From: Octopus bimaculoides
Taxonomy: Eukaryota
Length of the DNA stretch: 44,978 nucleotides
Direction: 5' to 3'
Assembly: GCF_001194135.2 (NCBI RefSeq)
Contig: NC_068983.1
Span: 87,215,606 to 87,260,583 of the forward strand
Shown here: positions 25,532 through 37,465 of the stretch, piece after piece
How positions within the stretch are numbered: the stretch's first letter is position 1
Layout of the letters: the number at the start of each line of letters is the position of its first letter
The notes under the pieces: generated by a model
The model's input: the letters and a program-made list of their open reading frames with translations, nothing else
The model's database searches: none
Told to the model about the DNA's origin: nothing
Translations under genes and position numbers: made by a program

Positions 25532-26127
25532 GAGTCAAAATTAAAAGAAGAGTGCCATTTGCTATCTCGTGAACAATATTTCGACATCTTGCGTGTCTTC
25601 CACTGGTTCAAAAAATAAATTTGTCAATCTACTTCATTTTCGTTTATATAGAAAGGATTGAGGTAACNNNNNNNNNNNNNNNNNNNNNNNNNNNNNNNNN
25701 NNNNNNNNNNNNNNNNNNNNNNNNNNNNNNNNNNNNNNNNNNNNNNNNNNNNNNNNNNNNNNNNNNNNNNNNNNNNNNNNNNNNNNNNNNNNNNNNNNNN
25801 NNNNNNNNNNNNNNNNNNNNNNNNNNNNNNNNNNNNNNNNNNNNNNNNNNNNNNNNNNNNNNNNNNNNNNNNNNNNNNNNNNNNNNNNNNNNNNNNNNNN
25901 NNNNNNNNNNNNNNNNNNNNNNNNNNNNTTTGACTCTATATCTTCAGGAGGAGTTACCTCAATCCTTTCTATATAAACGAAAATGAAGTAGATTGACAAA
26001 TTTATTTTTTGAACCAGTGGAAGACACGCAAGATGTCGAAATATTGTTCACGAGATAGCAAATGGCACTCTTCTTTTAATTTTGACTCTATATCTTCAGG
26101 AGGAGTTACCTCAATCCTTTCTATATA

Positions 26128-26129
<2 letters not shown>
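25529..26129. repeat. 152-bp tandem unit (25929-26129, about 1.3 units) with an inverted ~139-bp copy (25529-25667) across an N gap
   Basis: 25929-25977 is repeated at 26081-26129 (period 152). 25529-25667 is the reverse complement of the right-hand unit. Both outer junctions are (AAT)n. Confidence 0.9.
26010..26050 (+). ncRNA. Candidate minimal type I hammerhead-like ribozyme with variant core (mirror copy at 25570-25610, minus strand)
   Basis: TGAAC-CAGTGGA-A-GACA cgcaaga TGTC-GAAA-TA-TT-GTTCA: stem I TGAAC/GTTCA, stem II GACA/TGTC, palindromic AATATT stem III. The core keeps C3, G5, G8, A9, G12, A13 and A14 but has U4A and A6U. Confidence 0.5.
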
Positions 26130-26177
<48 letters not shown>

Positions 26178-26178
<1 letters not shown>

Positions 26179-26307
26179 CCTTTCTACAATAGGCACAAGG
26201 TCTGAAATTATGGAGGAGGGGACTAGTTGATCACATCAACCCAGGCATTTGACTGGTACTTATTTCATTGACCCTGAAAGGATGAAAGGCAAAGTCAACC
26301 CCAGCGG
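26178..26307 (-). mobile_element. SINE family A 3' portion
   Basis: CCTTTCTACAATAGGCACAAGG...GGATGAAAGGCAAAGTCAACCCCAGCGG between two (AAT)n tracts. Confidence 0.75.
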
Positions 26308-26323
26308 AATAATAATAATAATA

Positions 26324-27905
26324 ATGGAAGAGAAGGGTATGTTTAAGGTGACTGAGCAGAGATTAGTTGATCAAGCTAATGCTATTGAAAGAAAGTGGAT
26401 GACAGAATTGGAGGTGGAAAAGATCACAAGAGAACTGGAAAAGAAAGACCAGGCAGTAGGAAAGACATGCAACAACATAAGAAATACAGCTCAAACCAAA
26501 GAAGAATCCAAAGAAAAAAATAATAATACTGCTACCAATAAGGAAGGGACAACTGATTTAAGTGAAGAAAATCAGAAGATTTTAGATGAGTTGCAGGAAG
26601 TAACGAGTAAAGGAGTAAGAAAAAGATTGCCAGCATTAAAAGGCACCAACAGAAGGAAGCTGCTAGAAATGACTAGGAAAGTAGATTCTGTTATCAGGAG
26701 AATGGAGACGCAGTATGGTTAAAGAAGGTGAGGGAAGAAGTAGTGAGTGAGAAGCAGCCAGATCTAAGATTAACTAGTGCATTAATGAGCAAAGTGTTAA
26801 GAAAAATACCAAATTGGAAGGGCCCAGGACCAGATTTAGTTCAAGGGTACTAGCTAAAGAAATTTAATAGTTTACATGGGAGGCTGAGGGAACAACTTCA
26901 AGATTGTCTTAATGGAGGAATAATACCAGATTGGATGAATAGAGGGAGGACAATACTCATCATGAAAGATGTATCACAAGGGTAATACAGCTGGTAATCA
27001 TAGACCAATCACTTACTTACCATTAGTGTGGAAGCTGTTAACAGGAACACTTTCAGAAAGCATTTATGAGCACTTTGACAACCAGAATTTACTGCCAGAA
27101 GAACAGAAAGGTTGCAAGAAGAAGGCTAGAGGAATGCATGCTCTATTATACATAGACAAAGCAGTTCTAAATGAAGTAAAAGCTAGAAAGAAAAATCTAA
27201 CAATAGCATGGATAAATAGGAAAGTCTATGACATGGTCCCACACTCATGGATAAGTGAATGTTTGAGTATATTCAGTATAGCAGACAATGTAAGAGAATC
27301 AATTAGTTGTAGCATAAAGAAATGGAAAGTAGATCACTACTCAGGTGACACACTGTTAAGGAAAGTTAATATCAAAAGAGGAATTTTCCAGAGGGACTCA
27401 TTGTCCCCTTTAATATTTGTCTTATGTTTGATCCCCCTCAGTTTAGTATCAGGAAGGGCAAAGGCAGGGTATCAGTTCAGAAATAGTAACGAGAAAATAA
27501 ACCATTTGCTCTACATGGATGATCTGAAGCTTTTTAGTAAGAATGAAAATGAGATAGATTCTTTAATACAGTCTCTAAGACTCTTTAGCAAAGAATTTGG
27601 CATAGATAAGTATGCAATATTAGTTATGAGAAGGGGACAAGTAGCCATCAGCAAAGCCATCCAATTACCAGATGACCAGACATTAAAATCATTGATAGGA
27701 GGAGAGAGTTATAAGTATCTAAAAGTATTAGAATCTGACAGGGTACTAACTATAGAAATGAAAGCGAAAATTGAGAAGGAGTACATCAGAAGGGTGAGGA
27801 AGCTAATGAAGTCAAAGCTAAATTGTCCAAATCTAGAGAAGGCTGTAAATACTTGGGCAGTATCATTACTTAGATATTCAGTAGCTTTTATAGATTGGGT
27901 AAGCA
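26324..27905 (+). mobile_element. R4/Dong-clade LINE reverse transcriptase region (pseudogenised, internally deleted, 3' end missing)
   Basis: EQRLVDQAN.IERKW, KIPNWKGPGPD, NHRPITYLPLVWKLLTG, VYDMVPHSWI, RGIFQRDSLSPLIF, NHLLYMDDLKLF (YMDD at 27512-27523). Starts directly after (AAT)n at 26308-26325. Confidence 0.92.
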
Positions 27906-28350
27906 TGAAAAAACGTTTCTGAAAGTCATGGGCATTATGCTGTCTTTTGACTTCATAAGCATGTCCACCAGTGATAGAGGTACTGAATTCAAAAAGATAG
28001 TCAAAGTTGTTGGAAAGATGGTGGATAATCTTATAGGCTTCTACAAAGTCAGCCACTAAATGTTGAGACATTAGTGTGTCAATGTCCAGAGAGGCAGTAT
28101 ATCTGATTGCATGCCTTTGGACAGTTTCCAATAGATCAATATTCTGGACAAGATAGGAGTTACAGACTGGAGATTCAAAAAAAGTATGGATGAACCTAGC
28201 CACATATAACCTTAAATAGATAACTAGTGAGTGACTGACAAAAGTCTTACTAAGACTTCAGTAGTAGCCAGATCTGATAGATAAGCAGTCAAATCTCCAT
28301 TAAATCATGTCTATTGGCTTATATATAAGCAAACATGGAAGACTTATATG
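27905..28350 (-). mobile_element. CR1/L2-type LINE C-terminal fragment in opposite orientation, terminating the Dong RT
   Basis: LSKTFVSHSLVIYLRLY...CNSYLVQNIDLLETVQRHAIR...DFVEAYKIIH...TGGHAYEVK...FQKRFF, the typical post-RT CR1 motifs. Confidence 0.8.
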
Positions 28351-28554
28351 TGTATGGAGCTCAGGTGCACTATAATTTATCTGAAAAAGTTACAAGAGTA
28401 GACAAAGAACTGACATATAAGCTATGTAAAGAAAGACAACAATGAAAGCTAGAAGTACAAGCACAATTCACAGAATAAAACACAAAAATAGAAGAAAGTG
28501 AACATTAAAAGTGCCATGAAAAATAAGGGTACATTAGGTACAACAGGTGCATGA

Positions 28555-28900
28555 TCAGCAAGAAATAGCAGCCAAATTATCTTCAAACCACCTTCAAGTC
28601 ACACCCTATTGTCATAAGTTTATGTATGAACTAATGAGGGTGCCTCTATATGATATTTCAATCTACTAGAAATAGTAGTCAAATACCCCTAAAGTCACAC
28701 CCTACTGGCTTACAGACTTATGTATGAGTCAACAAGAGAGACCTCTAACTGAAGATGTAACTTACAGAATAGCATTTTTCTATCCCTAAAATCTACTTTC
28801 TTCTGTGTTTATAAATATGTTCATATAAATCAACATGGTATCCTGAAATGATAGAAATAGCAAGCAACCAAATCTCCCTCAGATCATGTCCTTCTTTTTT
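28555..28900 (+). repeat. Three degenerate copies of an AGAAATAGCAGCCAAAT.TCCCTCAAATCACACCCTA module
   Basis: Copies near 28560, 28665 and 28852, with related copies near 15520 and 23135. Confidence 0.55.
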
Positions 28901-29789
28901 ATGTTACTTTGAGACAATAATCATGCATAACTAGTTACTTCTCACAATTTAAAAGATATATCTAAGTAAAGGTATAATAAGAAATACTTGAGGATAGCAA
29001 GTCTCATATATGGAACCATGGCACTACATGCAGGATGCAGTCTTAATAATACACTTGATTTATACACTCATGCTTTTATTACAATATTAATTACAATTAT
29101 GTTTTTTCCAGTTAAATATAGATTAAACTGGGATTCATATATTTCATTTGGGTTTAATGCATCTTAGGTTACATACAATGGTGAGATAATATTGTTGAAA
29201 TATTAAAAACTATTGTGTTCAGTATTATGAAAATATATACTGGAGATAACATTATATAAGGAGAAAAAATGTTTTTCCGTTATGTGATGTGCTTAGTTTT
29301 GAATATTATGTAACTAAACAATCATACAACTATTTTAAAGATAAATCAAGCTACAAGAAGGCTTAAATATATTTTTCCAAGTCCTACATAGAAAAAAAAA
29401 AAAAAATTAATCACAAATACACATAATAGACACACACTGATTATTGATCACAATATTATATAAACTTATATTTACATAATAGGGTTGGAACTTGGAAACT
29501 TTGAATTAGAAATAATATATAAAAGGGAACACTCTACTTTTGAACAAAGGAATATTGGATGACTGATAAAATGATAGCATGATATGCCAACATCCTGTTG
29601 ATTCTGGAGTGTAAATGAAAAGAATTTTATTTTACGAGGAATAATTGTAAGAGTAACATTAAGCAGAGTGTTCCATGAATTTCCTGAGGTTTCATGAATT
29701 TCCTGGAGAGGAAGTTCTTGAATGTTATGAACTAGAATCATAAAAATCACACACAAAAAAAGAGCTATTACATATATTTTGTTTGCATT

Positions 29790-30700
29790 TAAGAACTATA
29801 AGAGAAAAAAAACTGCCAATGTGTTAGGTCTTACTTGAAGCTATCAATTGTCTTTTGAAGGAATTCATGCTCAATAAACACTTACCATCTAGATTAATCT
29901 GCCTCCATTGTTGACCTTACCAAATAATTAAAAAAATTTTTTACTGTCTCATAGTGCTGAAGGAACTCTCCACTGTGAAGATAATTATAGGCAATGTAAG
30001 AGTAATAAGAATGGCTTATTGGGCAGAAGAGAATGGAACAGTATACTTAAGTACTGAAGTCTGTCTTCACATTCATTCTCCTAATTTTTCCTTTCTAGCT
30101 TGATTTCAAACCAAGAGACTGCTTCAGCTTTTAAGTTTTTAATTTCATATAATTTAATGATCTTTGCAATCTGTTTCATGAAATCTTCCTTTGTAAATTA
30201 CATTTCTACTGGATGAAGTAAATAAGTAAATTTATTTTCAGCTGTAAATTAACTTTTCAGTGATAATATGATAAAATGTAAATATAGTACATAGACTGAT
30301 CAATGAAAATATTCTTCTACAGCTGAGTAACCAAACTTGGAAAAGAGTTCTATGGGCAACACTGTCTGACAAGGTTTAGCTCAATGTCCAGTTAATTTTT
30401 TTTTTATGCCAGTTGAAGTTGATTTACTTTTGAAATAGCTACTTGAATTGTTATACTTTTTCTATGTGGCTGTAAAACACATTTAAGAGCTGTTGTAAAT
30501 GATTGCACACTTCAAGTTGTATAGCTAAAGAGCTGGTGTTACAGATTCCAGTCATGCTGAATAGATTGAAAGTATCAAAAAACAAACAAGAAAAGTTGCT
30601 GTACTTGAAGAAGGCTCCAACAGATGAGCTTCTTGATACATCTTACCTGAAGTGGCCAATATGTGTGAAATTAAATTTTTTTAAAAGTTAATGAAAAAAC
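29790..30700 (-). mobile_element. Decayed hAT-type transposase C-terminal (dimerisation domain) remnant
   Basis: AILITLTLPIIIFTVESSFSTMR...LVRSTMEAD resembles the hATC motif TLP.T...ERSFS.L.R.K..LRSTM..DRL. Multiple stops. Confidence 0.6.
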
Positions 30701-30764
30701 GTTTATACTTTTACATCTTTCAATTCAAGTGAATCATTTGTAACTAGTTAATTGGTCAGCTATA

Positions 30765-31990
30765 CAGGGTGCATAAAGGATTTAAGGACATACCTTTTTG
30801 GGGTCATTGCTGCATTTTTTGTTAACTTTATATAATCCTTGTTTCAGAAAATAATAATGGCAGACCCTCAGCTTACTCAAGAAATGAAGAGGCATACTGT
30901 TATCATGGCTGTAAAGGCTGAACATAATGATTTTAAAAAATCACCAGACTTTTCGTCTACAAAGTTTGTAAGAAATAAGAGACTGAAGATGGAAATGTAT
31001 CACCAGTATCAAAGTGTAAAAAGCATTCTAAATGCTCTGAAATCATCAGAACACCTGAATTTATCCAGCAAGTTCTACAGACCATTGATTACAATCCCAG
31101 AAAATCCATGTGGTTAATTACAAAAGATTTCCATATGTCAGAAGGAACAACCAGAAATGTTGTCCATGAAGACATCAGATATGTCTTATATGATGAGGAA
31201 AGGTCAATTTATGTTAGAAAAGCAAAAGAAAAATTCAATGCATCAGATCTAAAATACTCTTAAACAAACTGAAAATTCCAGCAGAAGAAAATTTGATTTG
31301 TTTTTTTTTTTCGGGCAAGAAAAACTTCGACCAAGAGCAAAAAGTTAACAGAAGAAATGACAGATGGTTATGTGTAGACCCTTCTGAAGTTACAAGAGTT
31401 ATGCATACAAAATTTCTTGCAACTGTCATGGTGTTAGGAGTTGTCAGCAATGAAGGACATGTGATGCCTCCTTACTCCTTTCCCCAAGGCCTTAGAGTTA
31501 ACACTGCTGTCTACATTGAGATCCTGGATAGACAGTGTATGCAATGGAAGGCCATATGTGTTTCAGCAAGACTCTGCACCATCACACAAGGCTCGAATAA
31601 TGCAGGAATGGATGACTGAAAATTCTCATGATCATATAACCCCTAACATTTGACTTCCTAATTCCTCAGATCTCAATCCATTGGACTATTATGTGTGGAG
31701 TATTGTTGAGAGAGAGGTCAATGAACACACCCACAACACCAAAGATTCTTTGAAAATCGTCATAGTCAGAGTAATGTCCAGAATGAACCAGGACCACTTG
31801 ATCTAAGCATGTAGACGATTTAGAACTCATATAGAAGCAGCTGTTGAAACATATTAAAACACTTTATTGAATAACTTTATGGAAAAGGTTTATTTTTATT
31901 TTCATAGCATTTTTTTATAATAAGGTTATCTGTTATTATAAATGTTTTTTTATAAACATAAGTCTGTCCTTAAATATCTTATGCACTCTG
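30765..31990 (+). mobile_element. Full-length but inactive Tc1/mariner transposon of the DD37D (maT) family
   Basis: Imperfect TIRs CAGGGTGCATAAAGGATTTAAGGACA / TGTCCTTAAATATCTTATGCACTCTG with TA on both sides. 37 residues separate the D of FQQD (31570) from the D of NPLD (31684). The first D is lost (SGK instead of SDE), a TGA replaces W, and there are frameshifts. Confidence 0.92.
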
Positions 31991-32536
31991 TACATAAATT
32001 GATCTTACTTGAGAGGGTCAGGTCACATCAGTTCATGTACTGTGACTCAGCCTAAGCTGTCACTAGTCTTAGCAGATGCATAGCTGGCCACTGTTCGGAA
32101 AGGTTTGATGGGCCACACTTTTGCAGTCTGTATTCTTTAACTCTTAAACCAATGTGATATTAGTTTATGCTAGGTAATTCCTGCAGAAGATTTGAATGAG
32201 GTAGAGAACTAAAATTCCTGATACTTCTTAGGATCTCAATTGTAAAGTTCTAACATCTAAAGCTTGATCCACTGGGACTGACCTATTTGTCTCCTCCCCA
32301 CTGCAGCAGATGCCATGAATGCACCTTACACATTACTGGATATTTCCATGAATCCTTGGAGCAAGAGTTTTATAACTGGATGCTATATCTAATATTAGAC
32401 AGCAAGAAGATAATAGTGTTATAAATTTTCTCTGAAGATAGAATTTTCATATAGCAATAAGGGTAAAAATATATCAGTGGAATTTGAAGTTACTCAATGT
32501 GCACAGGCATTCACACACACACATATGCATGCACGC

Positions 32537-32574
<38 letters not shown>

Positions 32575-32865
32575 CAAACTTTCTGTTGATTTCCATATTA
32601 TAATCCTGGATATAATACAGAAATCCTTGGTTGCATAGGCACTTAAAATCATTTCCCTTCCAGGTTAAAGAATTTGAAATAGAGTCCTTAGATTTATTGC
32701 AAAACATGTTGAGGCAATTTTCATTCCTCAAGAACATAACAAAGTATCTGAAGAATATAAAACAATGATTTATGAGTCTAGTCATTGCATACACATACAC
32801 ATCTATGTTCACACATTCACAAATGCATATGATAGAGAGAGAGAGAAAGAGAATTGTAGAGAGTG

Positions 32866-32911
<46 letters not shown>

Positions 32912-34051
32912 CACATGTATATAAATTACTCTATCCTTTGATTGCACTGATGAATGTTTAAATAGTAGGTAGGTAAAGTATATGGTTGTTATTATGATCA
33001 ATAATGGTAGTGAAAGTGTAAATGAAATAAACATTATGAAACCAGCCAAATACAGTCATGATCTACGCATGAAATGATATATGATGAAGCTCTGTCTATC
33101 TATAAATAAACTAGTCTACCATGAGATAATATTGTTCTGCTGGTTGAAAATAGTCAGTATTGTGGTGGTTTGATAGGTGACTAACAACAACTATAAAATA
33201 AATATATAATGAAGTGTTGAAATATTGAAACACTGTTCCTAATCTTGTATTTTTACCAATCTTTAGAATTCTACTGGAATGTAGCCTATTCATTCCACTT
33301 CAAGGGATCTACCAAGAACCTTGAACAGTCTTACTACCATAGAATGGCACTAATTACAGACACACACTGTTTGTCAAAACTTGAACATGATTTTTTAAAG
33401 GCAATTTATTAAAAACAGAACCAGAAACACAGACTTATAATCTGTGATATCATAAACAAATGTTAGATTGATGAACAAGTAACAAATGTCTGAATATATT
33501 ATGGCAATCTCTACATTGTCAATGATTAAGTAGAAAATAATTTTTTTCGATTTCACAGACACACACGTATCCAAAAAAACAGCCAGCCATCTATCATTCA
33601 TTATGTACACTGTTACAAATATGCTTCGTTTAAATTCGTCCTCATCTGATGGTTTTCATGAATTCTACTTTCTAATATGGACAGTATGCATGTGTGTGTG
33701 TGTGTGTGTGTCAATGTCAACTACTTTGTTGCTAAAGTGTCAAAACGACCTCCAAAATATAATGCATGTGTTACAAAATGATTTCATCAGCACAAGTTAC
33801 AATTTGATTCTGTTTATTCCCAATATGTCAAAGTGACTCTGTAACATAGGTGAATACATTAACCAGTCTTGGCCATAGCATTTGGCAAGATGGCAAGATA
33901 TGTTAAATTTGTTCCTAGCAACATAAATTTATGATAGAAAAAATAACTGAAAAGTCTAGCTGATTCTAACCCAAGCATTTGTTTGTGATTTCAATATGGT
34001 CTAGACTACATTTGTTAATGAGAAAAGTCGTTTTGTATTTTGAAGATATGA

Positions 34052-34084
<33 letters not shown>

Positions 34085-34299
34085 ATCTTTTCATCTTTAT
34101 ATGCAGTAATAACTTAGTTACCATTCTTGATATTGTTTCTAAAAATGCAGTGTTAAGCAGGGTCATTTTAACATAGTATAAAGAGATAAGAGCTTGATAG
34201 ACTATTTTTAACAGTGACATGAATGCAAATGGGTGTAATTAATATCAGCAAACAACTTAAATCCAGAGATTTGTTGCACCTTCCAAACATTTAACAACT

Positions 34300-36150
34300 T
34301 TAGATAAAATTCCACAATGTGATATAAAGTTAAGATGAAATTAGAAAACAATTTTAATTGTGATCTAATGTTGTAAAATTATTAAACAATTTAAATTAAT
34401 GAACTTCAATGAATATACAGGCTTATTCACCATTAATTCAGCTGGAAAGAAATAGTTTGAAGCAGGACACAAGATGCTATATCTGGGGTGATGGTCTATG
34501 CTATAGTTCTTCCTCAGACATTGGCTACTGCATTTTTTGGGGTCTTCACTCACAAAGCAGTTTGTGGTGTCAGGATATCATATCCAGAACATATCTATTT
34601 CACTTCACACTCACTCAGAATCGCTCTCAATGAACTGGCTCATGATTGCTGTAATGATGGTGGTACTGTTACTGAGGAATTAAACAGTAACAATTCTTTC
34701 TAGATCTGCAGTTCATGCCCATTTAAGATGTAATATTGTGCAAATTCTAACAGCTTTACAGTAGATAAACTCCTATTATGAAACTATCTCCTCCAAATCT
34801 TCTATGGTGATATTTTGCATTCTCCTTTCATCAATAAGCTCAATGGTATTATTAACGGCAACTTCTTTATGAAATTCCTGTTCATACAATTCTCTGTTAC
34901 TTTATTCCTGGTTGCTTTGATATTATTAATGAACTTCAGTAAAAGTAATTTTTCCAGAAGTCTCTGATAGATTGTTCATCATGGTCATCCTTTTCTTCAA
35001 CAAGTTGTAAGAAAATGCGACAAAAACAATAGGCTTTGATATTAGAAATTACACCTTGCTTCATAAGTTAGAGTGAGGAAGTGGTGGCTGGTGGAAGGAA
35101 AAACTTTGTTAGGAAATGTAGGTTTGAGGGATGCTGAAATTCTTGTGGTGGCCTAGAGAAGTATCAATTACCAACAATGCTTTAGGTTTAAAGTAATGTT
35201 CTTCACAATAACATTTCACTGCTAGACAAAAGTATAACACAAACTACTGAATGAAAATTTCTTTTAACCCTCAGACCTTCTTCTTTGATTTCCAAATTAC
35301 AAACAAATGCATTTTCATATTCCCTACAAAAGTCATAGCATTTCTGAATGATAAATGAGCATTGACTTCAGTATGAAGTCTGCCTTACGACTAAATAGTA
35401 ATGTTAAGAGATCATTTCCGACCATGAACCTAAAATTGTTTTTTCTTCTCAGAAGAGGAAAGTGTAAGATGGTATTATCCCTCCCATCTCACATTGAATA
35501 TAAGTTGAGGTGGGTGTAGTTGCTACACTAGATGATGCTCTTAAGAACTCAGGAAAATTCCTTGACTGTTTGGGTATCTGCATTTGCAAATGTCACTATT
35601 TGCAACTTCCCCATATGGATGTGGTGAAAGTTATATCGTTATTTGATCTATCAAACCAGCCTCTGCTAGCTATGAATGCTTCTGAACTATCTTTTTCTTC
35701 TTGTAAGCATTTGAAATGCTTCATGCTTTTTCCATTCTGATAAGTTGGCTTAACAGTATGTTGTATTGCATCTAGTCATCCATCCATGCAACAAGCATAT
35801 TTTCCATTTTCCCCAAAATTTACTCTTTGAATGAACCATCTTCTCTGTTGATAACAATGAGATTGCCATGGTAGAAAACTTTTTCATGTCCACGTTTTTC
35901 ACGATGGTTCTAATTGTTGATGTGGTACATTTAAAGACTTATGCATATTTACCTGTCATTCACCAGCTTTCAATCACAGCAACACTTGCAATTTTACATT
36001 CAATATAATGCACTTTCTCAACATCAGAGCTGAAATATATTTAATCTTTGCTCATTCAGCTTTACATCCATTTTTCCATACTAGCATAAATTAAATAAAA
36101 CTGTTGATGAACATTTTCTGTGGCTGAATGGTCTTCGTGTTGCTAGCCTT
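34300..36150 (-). mobile_element. Decayed Tigger/pogo transposase remnant
   Basis: Fragments in the expected order: RKCIILNVKLQVL (psq-type HTH), MENMLVAWMDD, ASRGWFDR (CENP-B HTH), KALLVID, QGVISNIKAY, DFWKNY, NKVTENCMN. Confidence 0.75.
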
Positions 36151-36379
36151 ATCTGTTTTCTATGTATAGCATTTTTTTTCAATACACTGGTCATCACATA
36201 AAAGCTGAAACTATGTTTAAAGGAGAATGTAAAGAAAGATGTCTTTTTTTCACTCAGAAAGTATTAATAAGGACACAAGAAATGACATTCTTCACAACTA
36301 TTTGGTTTAGTGTTTGGTTCTATTGCATAGTACCTTGGGGAAGTGTTATCTACAATAACCCTGGGCAGACACCAATGTC

Positions 36380-36700
36380 TTGAGAGGGACTTGGTAGACA
36401 GAAACTACAGAAAGCCAGTTGTATGTGTCTGTGAATGTGCATGAATGCTTATATTCCCTGCTTGTCACTGCTAGAGTGAAGTGGTGCTCATGCTGACATC
36501 CTTTGTTGATATTATGGCCTGTCAATCTATACTTTTAAATACCAGTAGTATAAAGAAATCGCTTACTTGAAAAACAGGTAAATGTTGGTAACAAAGAGAG
36601 CATTTGGTTGTAAAATCTTATCTCAAATAACTATTTTTTCATGCTGGTATGCAAAAATGGACGTTAAGCAAACAAATGAATGAACAAAATATTATAGCCT
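36380..36700 (+). repeat. Degraded SINE family B / RTE-tail related sequence
   Basis: GGACTTGGTAGACAGAAACT...GGACGTTAAGC resembles parts of 21430-21530 and the RTE tail. Confidence 0.5.
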
Positions 36701-37149
36701 TCTTCTTAGTTTCCTCTCACAAGGCACTGGTTGTCCAAAGGCTATAGTGGAAGACACTAAGGCGCCAAGAAAGAGGACTGAACTCAGAACCATGCACAGA
36801 GAGAGAGAAAGGGGGAAGAGGGGAGGAGAAGAGAGGGGGCATAAAATAAAAGTGTTAAATTAAACAGAAAGCGTGTTAAATTAAACAAGAAAATATCAAT
36901 TGTAATGTCAAGGTCTCTAGCAGGCTAAAAGATGGATTTTTAAACTAAACAATCAGTGCAGAGAGGAGTTTGAGTGGCAGCAGACACAAAAATATTTCCA
37001 AAGAGATACTAATTAGAGTAAAAAGAAGAAGCCTAGACAATCAATAAAAAAAAACAAAGAGAAGAACGAGGAAGAGAAGAGACAGAAGAGAAAGAGAGAG
37101 TGAGAGAGAGAGAGAGAGGAAGGAGGGAGAGAAAAATATATGAGAATGA

Positions 37150-37465
37150 TGTTTTGCAAACGACTTGCACATGCAAGTGCTACCAGTCAAGAACTCCACA
37201 TATCGGAAGCCAGCAAGTGTATGGGGTTGTCAGGAGAAAATGTGAGCCGTTTCGGGGCCTACCTCTCGATGGCATCAATACACATCGGCACCCCTTTACT
37301 GATATGAGGCTTCGCTTGCTAGATCAACTGGTTATTAAATACAGCTCAATGTTCTTCTAGCCACCGCTCATCATCTCTTTTTAACCAAATCCAGTGGCTA
37401 GCCTTTTCCACTGTAGTTTGGATATCGGTCATGGTGGTATTTACTTTACGATGAGTTAGGCCTAA
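37150..37465 (-). mobile_element. 3' end of a HERO/NeSL-like RLE non-LTR retrotransposon
   Basis: LLGLTHRKVNTTMTDIQTTVEKASHWIWLKRDDERWLEEH* (stop at 37346-37348) resembles the terminal EKAS.W.W.KR motif of these elements. A CpG-richer putative 3' UTR follows. Confidence 0.55.

Noticed and set aside
25621-26196. Protein-like reading ERIEVTPPEDIESKLKEECHLLSREQYFDILRVFHWFKK in the 152-bp unit
   Set aside because: It has a stop within the unit, 152 is not a multiple of 3, and I recognise no domain. The RNA-structure reading is more parsimonious.
29875-29975. Two GTAAG donors and a good acceptor on the minus strand as a candidate first exon
   Set aside because: In-frame stops occur in the required phase, and the region translates as a hAT dimerisation-domain remnant.
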